Assembly: GCA_963793805.1 (NCBI GenBank)
Contig: CAWCBK010000017.1
Location: 9,279 to 73,278, forward strand
Source of the DNA: Methanobacteriota archaeon
GTDB taxonomy: Archaea; Halobacteriota; Methanosarcinia; Methanosarcinales; Methanoperedenaceae
DNA: 64,000 nt
Direction of reading: 5' to 3'
Part shown: positions 20,211-31,125 of the stretch, piece by piece
Position numbering within the stretch: the first letter of the stretch is position 1
Layout of the letters: each line of letters starts with the position of its first letter
Position numbers and translations under genes: made by a program
Notes under the pieces: generated by a model
Seen by the model: the letters and a program-made list of their open reading frames with translations, nothing else
Databases searched by the model: none
What the model was told of the DNA's origin: nothing

Positions 20211-23200
20211 ATGGGAAATGATGAGCGATCTGGTGTTGATATTGGAACTCCGGTAAAAAAAATATCAAAAGAAATAACAGAAAAATATGTCCAGGAAATT
20301 ATAGAAGAAATAATTAGAAGAACCTTAAAAAAACAGACTGAGAAATCAAATGAGAATAAAGTCCTGGAATTAGAAGAGAAACTTAAGAAATTATCCGATG
20401 ATGAAAAAATCCATAGATTCAAAGGTTCGGTTGACAGGGTAACAGACAAAATTTTCAAAGGGGGTATGGGAGATAAAGAACTGATAGAAAAAATAGGAAC
20501 TGAATTTGAAAAAAATATCTCTTCCATCCTTCTGCCCACAACAAAAATAATCATAGCAGTTTCAGTCCTGTCCGTTGTACTCATCTCCACTTATATAATA
20601 TTTACACCAGAGACCAGAGCCATGATAGAGTCCGTCACCCCGAACCCGGCCAGTGAAGGACAGATTGTGACATTCAATGGCTGGGGTATACCTGCCGGAG
20701 CAGATGACTATATAACTGCTTACAGATGGGAATCGGACCGGGATGGTTTCTTAGGCAGTTCAAGTAACTTGGAGATATCAACACTTTCAGCAGGGCAGCA
20801 TAAAATTACGCTTCAGGTGATGGATAATCACGGCAAGTGGTCAAGAACGGATTCAGTTATTATAGTAATCCGGACGAGCACAAAACCAACAGCACATATT
20901 GAAAGCATAAAACCTGACAAAACAGTATTCAATGGGACGCAGATGACATTTTCAGGTTCCGGCACTCCATCTGACAGAGGCGGTTCGATTACAGGTTACA
21001 GCTGGGATTCGGATAGAAATGGGCTTCTGGGCAGTTCTGAGACCATCGAGATCTCAACTCTATCAGAAGGAAGGCATTTAATAACTTTCCGCGTGATGGA
21101 CGAAATGGGTGTATGGTCGGAACCAGATACAGCTCAGATCGATGTCCTTCCGGTTAGTCTGCCAGTAGCCCGGATCGACTATATCAAACCCGATACCACC
21201 GTACTCACAGGAACATCGATGATATTTTCTGGGTCAGGCATACCCGCAGACAAAAATGATACCATCATATCATATGAATGGAGCTTTAACACTACTATTT
21301 TAAGTAATTCAAATTCATTCACCTATCCAAATTTACCGATCGGTGTACACGACATCAGTTTCAGGGTCAGAGACAGTCGCGGTGCCTGGTCAAAACCTGA
21401 TATAGTGCAAGTAGAGGTTCTTAAACGTGAAGCTCCACAATTATCAAGGATCTGGGATGAAGCATGGGCGGTTGGCCCATATACATGGGATGCGTATAAT
21501 TTTGCGGGATTCTTTTATGACCTCGATGAAAATATAGGCAAAGAAAAATTGCAGATACTTCAGCCAATATTAACAGCAAATCAAAGAACGATCGATATAA
21601 ACAGATTGGTATACTACACGGGTGCAGATCAAAAAAGATTGAAAGTCGTAACGGAGGCATCTGGTAACAATGCCGGGGCTGCCAATATATCAGGTCTTTG
21701 CTGCATAGGTCCCGGACAGGCATTCGAAGATGGTAACTACTATACAGCAGGCTGGCAGGGAGATAAGTATGTGGCTTTGAATGGAAAAGTTGACAAACTC
21801 GGTATGCTTGCAATTGAGCAGGGAGCCTCATCTGCTGATAAGAAAACCTTAACCGTAGGCGAGACATGGGAAATAGGAGATGGCTGGAAGCTGACCGCAC
21901 AATCAATAAATGCCAAAGCAACGCCAAGGCAGGCATGGCTTGTGCTCAGCAAGGACGGTAACAAGAAAGACGAAAAAGTGATCTCAACAGGCACGATAGA
22001 TGCCAGACCAATATACACCTATATCGAAAAAAGCTTCTGTGGAGAAACCGACGTACCGGTTTTCATAACCTACCTTGACAGTGTATTCTCAGGGGCGACC
22101 TCCGATATGTTACAGCTTCGATATACATGGTTGATCGCCTCAACCTGCACAGAGATCAAAAGCGATAGTGGTTACGGCGTGTTCAAGGTCGCAAATATAG
22201 ATACAGCAGGCAGGATGCTGGAACTCAGGAATACCGGCACTCCAGTAACTTTAAGCAGAGATTCAACTGTTGACCTGATGGGCAACTTGATGTTCAAGAT
22301 TGCAGACAGGGATGATATCTTAAGGTTCATGCCAGTGACCTTACGCACTCTGCCGGGAAATTATGAGATACGCGGAGCCGTGTGGGACCAGAATTCAATA
22401 AATGGATTCGGAGGCACTGGCACTGCAACAACCTGGAATGTCTATAACTTTGAAGGATTCTTCTATGACCTTAACGATGATCTTGGCAAGGAAGAGTTGC
22501 AGGTTCTACAGACAGATTTGAATGCAAACCTGAGAACGATCGGTTCTAGTAGGTTGGTCTATAAAACAGGTGCACAACCAAAGATGTTGAATGCTGTAAA
22601 AGCGGCATTCAGTGGCAACACGACTGCTGCTGAAATATCGGGTCTATGCTGCACAGGATCAGGAAGAACTTTTCAGGACGGGAGCTACTATACTGCAGGC
22701 TGGCAGGGAGATAAGTATGTAGCTTTGAATGGAAAAATTAACAAGCTCAGTAAGCTTGCAATTGAGCAGGGAACCTCATCTGCTGATAAGAAAACCTTAA
22801 CAGTCGGTGAGACCTGGGAAGTTGGAGATGGCTGGACGCTGACTGCAAATTCGATAGATGCCAAGTCAACCCCAAGACAGGCCTGGATCACGTTGATCAA
22901 AGACGGGGTCAAAAAAGACGATAAAGTGATCACAACGGGTACGGTAAATGCAGAGCCGACATACACATTTGTCGAGAAAAGCTTGTGTGGAGAAACCGAT
23001 GTACCGGTTTTTGTAACCTACCTTGACAGTGTGTTTTCAGGTGCAACCACTGATATGTTGCAGCTTCGGTATACATGGCTGATAAGCTCAACCTGCAAAG
23101 AGATCTGGAGCGGCGATAAGTACGGTGTGTTCCAGGTCGTAAATATAGATACAGCCGGGAGGAAGCTGGAACTCCAGAATACTGCCAATGCAGTAACTTT

Positions 23201-23306
23201 GACTCCGGATTCAACAATTAATCTAATGGGCAACCTTACATTCAGTGTCGCCGACAGAACAGAAGTATTAAGGTTCTATCCCAAAGTCGATGTTAAAATA
23301 ATATAG
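20211..23306 (+). CDS. Membrane-anchored protein: cytoplasmic N-terminus + TM + 3 PKD/Ig-like domains + 2 Methanosarcinales S-layer duplication domains
   Basis: TM KIIIAVSVLSVVLISTYIIF; three repeats of ITxYxWxS...LSxGxHxITxxVxDxxGxWS; two copies of WxxYNFxGFFYDL...KKTLTVGETWE...LRFxP. Confidence 0.85.
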   Translation: MGNDERSGVDIGTPVKKISKEITEKYVQEIIEEIIRRTLKKQTEKSNENKVLELEEKLKKLSDDEKIHRFKGSVDRVTDKIFKGGMGDKELIEKIGTEFEKNISSILLPTTKIIIAVSVLSVVLISTYIIFTPETRAMIESVTPNPASEGQIVTFNGWGIPAGADDYITAYRWESDRDGFLGSSSNLEISTLSAGQHKITLQVMDNHGKWSRTDSVIIVIRTSTKPTAHIESIKPDKTVFNGTQMTFSGSGTPSDRGGSITGYSWDSDRNGLLGSSETIEISTLSEGRHLITFRVMDEMGVWSEPDTAQIDVLPVSLPVARIDYIKPDTTVLTGTSMIFSGSGIPADKNDTIISYEWSFNTTILSNSNSFTYPNLPIGVHDISFRVRDSRGAWSKPDIVQVEVLKREAPQLSRIWDEAWAVGPYTWDAYNFAGFFYDLDENIGKEKLQILQPILTANQRTIDINRLVYYTGADQKRLKVVTEASGNNAGAANISGLCCIGPGQAFEDGNYYTAGWQGDKYVALNGKVDKLGMLAIEQGASSADKKTLTVGETWEIGDGWKLTAQSINAKATPRQAWLVLSKDGNKKDEKVISTGTIDARPIYTYIEKSFCGETDVPVFITYLDSVFSGATSDMLQLRYTWLIASTCTEIKSDSGYGVFKVANIDTAGRMLELRNTGTPVTLSRDSTVDLMGNLMFKIADRDDILRFMPVTLRTLPGNYEIRGAVWDQNSINGFGGTGTATTWNVYNFEGFFYDLNDDLGKEELQVLQTDLNANLRTIGSSRLVYKTGAQPKMLNAVKAAFSGNTTAAEISGLCCTGSGRTFQDGSYYTAGWQGDKYVALNGKINKLSKLAIEQGTSSADKKTLTVGETWEVGDGWTLTANSIDAKSTPRQAWITLIKDGVKKDDKVITTGTVNAEPTYTFVEKSLCGETDVPVFVTYLDSVFSGATTDMLQLRYTWLISSTCKEIWSGDKYGVFQVVNIDTAGRKLELQNTANAVTLTPDSTINLMGNLTFSVADRTEVLRFYPKVDVKII

Positions 23307-23338
23307 CAAAGATGAATGTCATCTCTGGAGCCAATCAT

Positions 23339-24709
23339 TCATCTTACTTTTCCCCTCGCAAGCGACATGAATATCCCGACAAAACAAAACCCCGCAAAAA
23401 CCACAAACGCTGCATTTACGCTTCTCATGAAAAGCGGATAATATTCCGGACTTATCTGCACATTCCCCATGTAAACGGCAACTATCAGGGTCGCAATGCC
23501 CATACTGAGCATCTGTCCTGTAAGCCTCATGGTTCCCAGGGTCGCAGAGGCTACACCATAAAACCTTTTCTCGACAGAACTCATGACGGCATTTGTATTT
23601 GGTGAGGAGAACATGGCGAACCCGAAACCCAGTACGATAAGACTTACCACAATATATTCTACAGATGTCTCTTTATCCAGGAAGCTCAGGAGCAAGAGCC
23701 CTACTGTCGAAAAGGCCATACCTGCCGAAGCCACCACTCTCGGCTCGATCTTATCCGAAAGCTTTCCTGCAAAAGGCGAAAAAACCGCCATAACGACAGG
23801 CTGGGCCACCATAATTAATCCGGCTGTCTGGGGATCGAATCCCTTTACGTTCTGAAGATAGAGGCTCATGAAGAACGCGGCTGCGAACGTCGCGCTGTAG
23901 TTCAATAAAGCGGCTAACATAGAGAACGTCAAGACCATGTTATTCCGAAAAAGATTGATATCAAGTACCGGGAATTTCACACCTGTTTCCCATTTAACGA
24001 AAATAGCAAGCCCTGCAATGCTTGCAAGGATCAGCCATGTCCCCTGTATCCCGGGAAGCAGAGAAAATCCATACATCATTGCGGCAAGTGATAAGCCGTA
24101 AGCTATGGAACCGACTGAATCCAGTTTCTCTCCTTTTGCATCAGCCCATTCACTATTCATTTTGAAGAGAACTAATGCGATTATTATCAGTTCAAGAGGA
24201 ATGTATGATGCAAAGATACTCCTCCAGCCAAAATACTGGGTCAGTAACCCGCCAAATACAGGGCCGAGGGAGAGGCCCAGATAGACCCCCGCGACATTTA
24301 TTCCGAGCGCTTTACCTCTTTCTGCCGGAGGATATGCAGATGTCAGGATCGCTATCCCTGTTCCGAATATCATAGCTGCGCCAATACCCTGAATGACACG
24401 CAGGACGATCATCTCCATCTCGTTGAACGAGAACACGAGCAAAAGCGATGCGATAATATCGATGGCTATACCGTATTGGAATATCTTTTTCCTGCCATAA
24501 ATATCTGCTATCTTTCCGAACGGGACAAGGAACATCGCAGCAGCAAGGAGATATGCGGTGGATACCCAGCTCAACATGACAACATCCATTGAGAATTCCT
24601 TTCCTATAGAAGGAAGTCCTATGAATACAGATGAACCCATAAAGGGCGCAAGAAAAGAACTCATCGTCGTAATAAGCAAAACAACATTTTTATTTACTGT
24701 ATTGTTCAT
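23339..24709 (-). CDS. MFS transporter (DHA2 / EmrB-like)
   Basis: GKIADIYGRKK motif A; 14-TM pattern. Confidence 0.9.
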   Translation of the reverse strand: MNNTVNKNVVLLITTMSSFLAPFMGSSVFIGLPSIGKEFSMDVVMLSWVSTAYLLAAAMFLVPFGKIADIYGRKKIFQYGIAIDIIASLLLVFSFNEMEMIVLRVIQGIGAAMIFGTGIAILTSAYPPAERGKALGINVAGVYLGLSLGPVFGGLLTQYFGWRSIFASYIPLELIIIALVLFKMNSEWADAKGEKLDSVGSIAYGLSLAAMMYGFSLLPGIQGTWLILASIAGLAIFVKWETGVKFPVLDINLFRNNMVLTFSMLAALLNYSATFAAAFFMSLYLQNVKGFDPQTAGLIMVAQPVVMAVFSPFAGKLSDKIEPRVVASAGMAFSTVGLLLLSFLDKETSVEYIVVSLIVLGFGFAMFSSPNTNAVMSSVEKRFYGVASATLGTMRLTGQMLSMGIATLIVAVYMGNVQISPEYYPLFMRSVNAAFVVFAGFCFVGIFMSLARGKVR

Positions 24710-24777
24710 ACATTCTCCATGTTCTTTATGGAAAAGGATATAATAATTACTTCCCATGGGGTTATTCAATAAAATTT

Positions 24778-25473
24778 ATGATATCAATTCTTCTTGCCTT
24801 TATTGCCGGTATGTCAGATTTATTAAGCGGCCTTATCCCTTTTTATTATAAAATAGAAGAATCCTCAACACGGTATATCATCGGTTTTGCAGCAGGAACC
24901 ATGCTTGGCGCCGTGTTTTTTGAAATGCTCCCTGAGCTTGCGCCGACTGATTCCACATATATAGCCGTGGGTTTCTTTTTTTTCTACCTGCTTGAGCGGC
25001 TCACAATGATACATTCTTGCGGAGAATACGAATGCACCTCTGAAGTTCACAGGATCGGATGGCTGCCTGTTATAGGAATGGCTTCCGACAATATCATTGA
25101 TGGGATAGGGATCGCTATCGCATATCTGATAAATCCGATAACAGGCATAGTTGTAGCGCTTTCTGTAATAGTTCATGAGATACCCCAGGGAATTACCACC
25201 ACTCTGCTTTTGAAACGTGGAGGGCAGGCAAAAAACACCATCTTATTTGCGCTGGGAACTGAATCCATACTCTATCCCATTGGAGCAGCCCTTTCCATAT
25301 TTGTCCCCAACACCCTCAATACAACAGTACTGGCGCTGGTAACCGGAGATTTCCTGTATATCGCAGCCAGCGACCTGCTCCCGGATGCGCATAAGAAATT
25401 TAATATAAAAGTTATTTTTGCGGTTATCATGGGCGCTTTTTTTGTATTTGCGATGGAAACCTTGATGAAATAA
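24778..25473 (+). CDS. ZIP family metal transporter
   Basis: GFAAGTML, DNIIDGIGI, VHEIPQG, FLYIAASDLLP. Confidence 0.9.
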   Translation: MISILLAFIAGMSDLLSGLIPFYYKIEESSTRYIIGFAAGTMLGAVFFEMLPELAPTDSTYIAVGFFFFYLLERLTMIHSCGEYECTSEVHRIGWLPVIGMASDNIIDGIGIAIAYLINPITGIVVALSVIVHEIPQGITTTLLLKRGGQAKNTILFALGTESILYPIGAALSIFVPNTLNTTVLALVTGDFLYIAASDLLPDAHKKFNIKVIFAVIMGAFFVFAMETLMK

Positions 25474-25509
25474 AAAGAATTTCTGTGACCTCTTCAAAAG
25501 ATATGCCAA

Positions 25510-26964
25510 TCATCTGCTCTCTCTACGTAAATCTTCCTTTCCCCGCATGGCTGATACGATAATTGCAGGCACTGTGATAATTGAAGACAAAATGAAAGCC
25601 CCTGTTATTCCACCTGTAAATGCTTCCTGAACTGCCACGGGCATATGCGCTCCACCTATGACGAACATGTCCATCATTTCAGGAAGCGAAATCGTCCCCA
25701 TGATCAGCGGGAAGGCTATTCCCATGCTCAGCACCATTCCTGCACTATTGAAAAACGCCCTCATGGATGATGCTACACCGCGCCTCTCCGGAGATACTGA
25801 TGCCATGATGGCGCTTGTATTCGGAGGCTGGAAAAGTCCTGAACCGAAGCTGTTTATGAACATCCATACCGCCAGTATCCAGTAAGGCGTATCATAATGC
25901 ATTGTCGCAAGACCCAGGAGACCTGCAAGGGAAATGACCAGTCCGGCAGTGCTTATGATCCTGGAGCCGTATTTATCCGAAAGCACCCCTCCTATAGGTC
26001 CTGTTATCGCAAGTCCGATGGCAAGAGGAATGGTGAGTATGCTTGCGGTAAGGGGGTCATAGCCGCGCGGTCCCTGAAAGAAAAGGATAAGAAGTATCAT
26101 TACCGCACCCCTTGCTATGGAATTCAGGAGATTGCTGAGCTGGCCGTATGAGAAAATCTTTATTTTGAAGAGGTTTAAATCCATCAGAGGATAGACCGCT
26201 CTCCTTTCAACGCGCAGGAAGGCGGCAAAACTCACGATCGCGATAACAAGCGAGAGAAGCATCGGGAGTGATGTCAGTCCGATTACGAAACCCGCTGTGA
26301 GATAGATCATGGATGTGAGAAAGGCGATAGTAAATAAGACCATTCCTTTAAAGTCGAATGTTTCACCTTTTGGCAGCACTGCAACATCTTTTAATTTGAG
26401 ATGCGCCCATATTGTGACAACTATACCTATCGGGACATTAAAAAAGAAGTTCAGCCGCCAGTCTATCATTGTAAGGAAGCCTCCAAGTATCGGGCCGACA
26501 ACAAATGCCGCGGCCATGATCATACTGAGGATACCCATTGCTTTTCCGAGTTCTTTTTTCCTGAAAGCATCGGTTACTATTATTGTGCCGTTGGCAACAA
26601 GCATCGACCCACCAACTGCCTGCAAAACCCTGAAAGCAATAAGCTGGCCAATGCTGGCCGAAAGGCCGCAGAGAAATGACCCGATAGTAAAAACAGCCAG
26701 CCCGTAAACGTATAATTTCTTTCGCCCGTAGATATCTGCAAGCCGGCCCCATGCAGGCGCGAGTATTGTGAGGAGAAGGGTATAACTTATCAGTACCCAC
26801 ATTATCCCGAAAAGGTCTGTGTTCAGTTTCACCATCATTGTGGGGAGGGCGATTATCAAGGTGCTGGCATTGAGTATCCCGACAAGCATTCCGAGGGAGG
26901 TTACTGAAAGTGCGGTCCATTTATAATCATCTGAAATATTATTTTGTTCGATGTTTACATCCAT
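25510..26964 (-). CDS. MFS transporter (DHA2-like)
   Basis: GRLADIYGRKK; 14-TM pattern. Confidence 0.9.
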   Translation of the reverse strand: MDVNIEQNNISDDYKWTALSVTSLGMLVGILNASTLIIALPTMMVKLNTDLFGIMWVLISYTLLLTILAPAWGRLADIYGRKKLYVYGLAVFTIGSFLCGLSASIGQLIAFRVLQAVGGSMLVANGTIIVTDAFRKKELGKAMGILSMIMAAAFVVGPILGGFLTMIDWRLNFFFNVPIGIVVTIWAHLKLKDVAVLPKGETFDFKGMVLFTIAFLTSMIYLTAGFVIGLTSLPMLLSLVIAIVSFAAFLRVERRAVYPLMDLNLFKIKIFSYGQLSNLLNSIARGAVMILLILFFQGPRGYDPLTASILTIPLAIGLAITGPIGGVLSDKYGSRIISTAGLVISLAGLLGLATMHYDTPYWILAVWMFINSFGSGLFQPPNTSAIMASVSPERRGVASSMRAFFNSAGMVLSMGIAFPLIMGTISLPEMMDMFVIGGAHMPVAVQEAFTGGITGAFILSSIITVPAIIVSAMRGKEDLRRESR

Positions 26965-26990
26965 AATTTCCTCACTAAAAAACCGTTATC

Positions 26991-27629
26991 TTATCCTCCA
27001 AGGGCGATGACAACACCTGTAATCGCTATGCCAACACTCATCATAGTGACACCTGTCCAGAACCTGCTTCTTCCCACATAACCTCCCCATCTGTAGCCGA
27101 TGGCATAGAGCATCACAAAACCAATGATGCTGGAGAGCCTCAATGCCCAGATGCCGTCAAGAAATATGAATGGTATTAGAGGAGGCACTCCTGATACGAA
27201 GACAAGCATACCAGCCGCAATGCCGCCCAGGATATCATCCTTGTTCACACTGGTACGGTTTTCAACCGGCTTAAGACGCATCAAGATGTGTTGGGCAACC
27301 TCATGTCTTTCGCGTTCACCCAGGGTATCCACGATAGTGCCTTCAAGCTCTTCTTTTATCGCCCTGAGATCGCATCCTTCCCCCGTGCATGTGGAAGCCT
27401 CCTGCGCAGCCAGTGCAATTCTCCCTCTCTCAAGCAGGCTGCTGTAAACATATATTATGCCATCTACGATCCCCCATGCAACGCATGCGCCTATCCCGGC
27501 GCTTATAATCGCTTTTGTTGAGTGAGTCCCAAGCCAGACAGTGCCTGTGATGGCAAGCACCATGATCAGCCCGAAAAGCATTTCGGAATGGCGGTCTGAA
27601 GGCGAAAGAATCGCGCGAAATTTCATCAT
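26991..27629 (-). CDS. VIT1/CCC1-family membrane protein
   Basis: SEMLFGLIM, AWGIVDG, PPLIPF. Confidence 0.75.
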   Translation of the reverse strand: MMKFRAILSPSDRHSEMLFGLIMVLAITGTVWLGTHSTKAIISAGIGACVAWGIVDGIIYVYSSLLERGRIALAAQEASTCTGEGCDLRAIKEELEGTIVDTLGERERHEVAQHILMRLKPVENRTSVNKDDILGGIAAGMLVFVSGVPPLIPFIFLDGIWALRLSSIIGFVMLYAIGYRWGGYVGRSRFWTGVTMMSVGIAITGVVIALGG

Positions 27630-27632
27630 ATA

Positions 27633-28394
27633 TCATATCTCGATCTTTGAAAACAGATAGCTTCCTAAAACCATGAAAAGCGCTGTGATCCCTGAAAGCA
27701 CTGCAAGATCGGTTATAAAGCCAAAATGCATCTGACCGATGAGAGCGCCTCTTAATCCGTCAACTCCGTATGACAGGGGATTCAGGCTTGCTATTATGCG
27801 GATCGAATCAGGAAGCCCTTCAAGGGGAAAGAGGGCGCCTGAAAGGAAAAAGATCGGCATCACAAGGAAATTCATGACCATCTGGAAGCCCTGCATGTCT
27901 TCAAGGAGCGATGCAATCGCTGTACCCATGGCTGTGAAGAGCAAAGATACCAGTATCATTATTAACAGAGCCTCAGGCAGGAAAATGAGGCTGGCCGGCC
28001 TGAATCCTGCGGCGATCGCGATGAAGAACACGATAATTCCCTGGAGTGTTGCTACTGTGGCCCCGCCAAGCGTCCTTCCTATCATTATATTGAGCCTTGA
28101 TACAGGTGCAACAAGGGTTTCTTTCAGGAATCCGAACTGTTTATCCCATATTATCTCTATCCCGGAAAATATCGCGGTGAATAGAATGCTCATTGCAATA
28201 ACGCCGGGTGCAAGGAATTCAAGATAGTTTCCAGCGCCTGCTTTCTGGAATATCGGGCCGAAGCCATATCCCAGGGCCACCAGGAAAAGAAGCGGCTGCC
28301 CTAGAGAGCCTATAAGCCTTGATCGTGACCTTAAATACCGTTTGAGTTGCCTCAGCCAGAGAATGTAAATGGTTCGTATCATTATCTGCTCCAC
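27633..28394 (-). CDS. ABC-2 type permease (DrrB-like)
   Basis: YLEFLAPG, GFLKETLVAP, FLSGALFP, NPLSYGVDGLR. Confidence 0.9.
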   Translation of the reverse strand: MEQIMIRTIYILWLRQLKRYLRSRSRLIGSLGQPLLFLVALGYGFGPIFQKAGAGNYLEFLAPGVIAMSILFTAIFSGIEIIWDKQFGFLKETLVAPVSRLNIMIGRTLGGATVATLQGIIVFFIAIAAGFRPASLIFLPEALLIMILVSLLFTAMGTAIASLLEDMQGFQMVMNFLVMPIFFLSGALFPLEGLPDSIRIIASLNPLSYGVDGLRGALIGQMHFGFITDLAVLSGITALFMVLGSYLFSKIEI

Positions 28395-29197
28395 ATCCTG
28401 CGGTTCATACGCATCTGATCAATGCTTCCTGCTTCTTCCTCGCGAATTTTTTTGCCTGTCAGCGAAAGGAAAGCTTCTTCAAGCGATTTTGTTCCTGTTG
28501 TTTTCATCAATTCCTCAGGGCTGCCCCCGCTGACGATCCTGCCTTGGTCTATTATAGCCACACGGTCTGCTACGCGCTCTGCTTCGTCCATATAATGCGT
28601 GGTGAAGAAGACCGTAATACCAGCGGTTGAGTTCAGGTCTTTCAGGTATTTCCAGATGTGATTGCGCGTCTGCGGATCAAGTCCTATTGTCGGCTCATCC
28701 AGGAATAATACCTGTGGCGTATGCAGGAGACCGCGTGCGATCTCAAGCCGCCGTTTCATCCCGCCGGAGAAGTGTTTAACCGCATCATTTTTCCGGTCCC
28801 AAAGTTCTACGAAATTCAGAAGCTCTTCGATCCTTTTTTTCAGGATCTTATCCGGCACCCTGTACAGCACACCATGGAATTCCATGTTCTCGTAAGCTGT
28901 GAGCTCATCATCAAGACTCGGGTCCTGGAACACTATGCCGAATGAACGTCTGACTGCATCCTGGTTTGTGGCAGGATCAAAACCGTTGACAAGCATTGTT
29001 CCACTTGTGGGGCGAAGAAGAGTGGTCAGCATCTTTATAGTTGTTGTTTTCCCCGCGCCATTGGGTCCCAGGAATGCGAAGGTCTCGCCGCGTTTGACCG
29101 AAAAGGAAATATTATCGACTGCAGTGAAGTCGCCGAATTTTTTTGTAAGATTACTTACTCTTATAGAGTAATTTTGTGCATTATCATTTTGCGTCAT
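28382..29197 (-). CDS. ABC transporter ATP-binding protein (DrrA-like)
   Basis: GPNGAGKTT, FSGGMKRRLEIARG, DEPTIGLDP. Confidence 0.92.
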   Translation of the reverse strand: MTQNDNAQNYSIRVSNLTKKFGDFTAVDNISFSVKRGETFAFLGPNGAGKTTTIKMLTTLLRPTSGTMLVNGFDPATNQDAVRRSFGIVFQDPSLDDELTAYENMEFHGVLYRVPDKILKKRIEELLNFVELWDRKNDAVKHFSGGMKRRLEIARGLLHTPQVLFLDEPTIGLDPQTRNHIWKYLKDLNSTAGITVFFTTHYMDEAERVADRVAIIDQGRIVSGGSPEELMKTTGTKSLEEAFLSLTGKKIREEEAGSIDQMRMNRRMWSR

Positions 29198-29288
29198 ATC
29201 TTAGATAATTAAATATAATGAGACGAACGTTACGATAGTATACTCACATATTTAATAGTTTGTGCGAATAATTCGCAATAATATCATT

Positions 29289-29741
29289 ATGGACAATACA
29301 GACAAACAGATAATCGAACTGCTGCAGCAGGATGGAAGAATGGATGATGTTGAGATAGCACGTAAAATAGATATCTCCCATGATACCGCCAAAAGACGAA
29401 GGAAAAAGCTCGAAGAGGCAGGCTATATTAAAATCCAGGCGAATATCAATCCACGCAAGCTTGGATATACGAATGTATTCATCCTGGGGCTGACCCTCGC
29501 ACCTGGTGTTGATGTCAGGAAGGCAGCTAAAAAACTGGCATCCATGAAAGAATTTTTTTTTGTGGCCCTTTCTCTGGGTCCAACTCATTCAATCGTTGCT
29601 TCATGTTTTGCCCGGGATCAGATAATTCTCAATAAACTTGTTGAAGAATTAAGGACATGGACGGAGATAGAAAAAATAGAGACCAATATCATATACGAAG
29701 TTTTGAAATCGGGATATCACGATATTCCCTTGCAGGATTGA
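29289..29741 (+). CDS. Lrp/AsnC family transcriptional regulator
   Basis: MDNTDKQIIELLQQDGRM..EIA HTH; divergent from the ABC operon. Confidence 0.9.
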   Translation: MDNTDKQIIELLQQDGRMDDVEIARKIDISHDTAKRRRKKLEEAGYIKIQANINPRKLGYTNVFILGLTLAPGVDVRKAAKKLASMKEFFFVALSLGPTHSIVASCFARDQIILNKLVEELRTWTEIEKIETNIIYEVLKSGYHDIPLQD

Positions 29742-29794
29742 TAGCATGTGCCCTGCTGGCAGGGCTCAATAATATATGCTCGCATGGAAATGCT

Positions 29795-30751
29795 TCATAG
29801 AGCCGGTGGACGCTGCATGGACGGCGCCTTTTCAAGCACGCACTTGAGCTTTACTTTCTCGTGTCCCCTGAAGAATTCCATTTCCACTCTGTCACCGACT
29901 TTATGTTTATTGAGCACTTTGATAAGGTCTCTAACGTTATTTATCTCTATATCATCCATCCGGATCAGGATATCTGCTATCTCTATACCTGATTTGTCAG
30001 CTTCGCTTCCTTTTACTACATCAGTAACAACTGCCCCCTTAGTAGTGGGCAGGTCATAATATGCCACCAGTTTGGGATTGACATCTATGGCATTGAAACT
30101 GATCCAGGGTCTTACGATCTCTCCATGCTTAATTAACTGGTCTGCAATTTCTATTGCGGATTGTATCGGTATGGCGAACCCGATGCCCTGCGCAAAGGGA
30201 ATGACGGCACTGTTTACTCCTATCACCGCACCTTTGCTGTTTATCAACGGACCTCCGCTGTTGCCGGGATTGATAGCAGCATCGGTCTGTATCAATCCTT
30301 CCATGAATGTTGCCTCGGTCTGGATAGACCGGTTCACAGCGCTTACGACACCTGCTGTGACAGTGGGGCCTCCTACAAGACCCAGGGGACTGCCTATTGC
30401 AATTGCCATCTGCCCTATCTTGAGGTCGTTGTTTTTTGCGATATCTGGTACTGGAAGATCACTGGCTTTAATTTTGATTACTGCTAGATCCTTGAGGGTG
30501 TCCAGTCCTCTTATTTCACCCTGGAATATCCTTCCGTCTTCCAAAGCCACTTTTATCTCCTGTGAACCCAGCACCACATGGGCATTGGTGAGTATAAAGC
30601 CATCCTTATTTATTATGAAACCTGAACCCACACCAGGAACAGGATGGACATGCAGATAGGCGTCCTTCATTAATTTCACTTCGCTGATGTTTACAACACT
30701 CGGTATTACCTTTTCTACGGCACCAGTAACCATTTCATCAAAATCTGTCAT
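29795..30751 (-). CDS. HtrA/DegP-type serine protease with PDZ domain
   Basis: GSGFII, TNAHV, DLAVIK, INPGNSGGPL; C-terminal PDZ; no signal peptide. Confidence 0.92.
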   Translation of the reverse strand: MTDFDEMVTGAVEKVIPSVVNISEVKLMKDAYLHVHPVPGVGSGFIINKDGFILTNAHVVLGSQEIKVALEDGRIFQGEIRGLDTLKDLAVIKIKASDLPVPDIAKNNDLKIGQMAIAIGSPLGLVGGPTVTAGVVSAVNRSIQTEATFMEGLIQTDAAINPGNSGGPLINSKGAVIGVNSAVIPFAQGIGFAIPIQSAIEIADQLIKHGEIVRPWISFNAIDVNPKLVAYYDLPTTKGAVVTDVVKGSEADKSGIEIADILIRMDDIEINNVRDLIKVLNKHKVGDRVEMEFFRGHEKVKLKCVLEKAPSMQRPPAL

Positions 30752-30954
30752 ACTTATTACCCCATTAGACTGATTTATTCTCTTTATATTTGAAGATATT
30801 TATCGCTTCATCTTATACCGATGTTTTTTTAATATTCAGAGCAATACTCTATTTACATTCAGTTCGATGTTATAAGATTTGAACCTTAGGGGGAAAGAAC
30901 AATGGGAATTCCAAACATGCTTTTTGTATCTAAGCAGATATCCAGGAAAATATT

Positions 30955-31125
30955 TCACGGTTTAAATAAAGGAAAATAGCTATGCATCACTGGAATTTCT
31001 GTAGAATATGAATCCATACACCCAATTGTACAGAACATCTTTTGTCTAATATTAGTGTCTTTTACAAATAGTTCCTTACCACAATTTTCACATTTGATAA
31101 CAACTATTTCTCCACGTTTATTCAT
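30955..31125 (-). CDS. 56-aa Zn-finger microprotein (paralog of 3776..3916)
   Basis: MNKRGEIVVIKCENCGKELFVKDTNIRQKMFCTIGCMDSYS... Confidence 0.7.
   Translation of the reverse strand: MNKRGEIVVIKCENCGKELFVKDTNIRQKMFCTIGCMDSYSTEIPVMHSYFPLFKP

Noticed and set aside
21445-23290. Long direct DNA repeats as a possible DGR template/variable pair or CRISPR array
   Set aside because: They are the two in-frame S-layer domains; mismatches are not adenine-specific, there is no reverse transcriptase, and no repeat-spacer structure is visible
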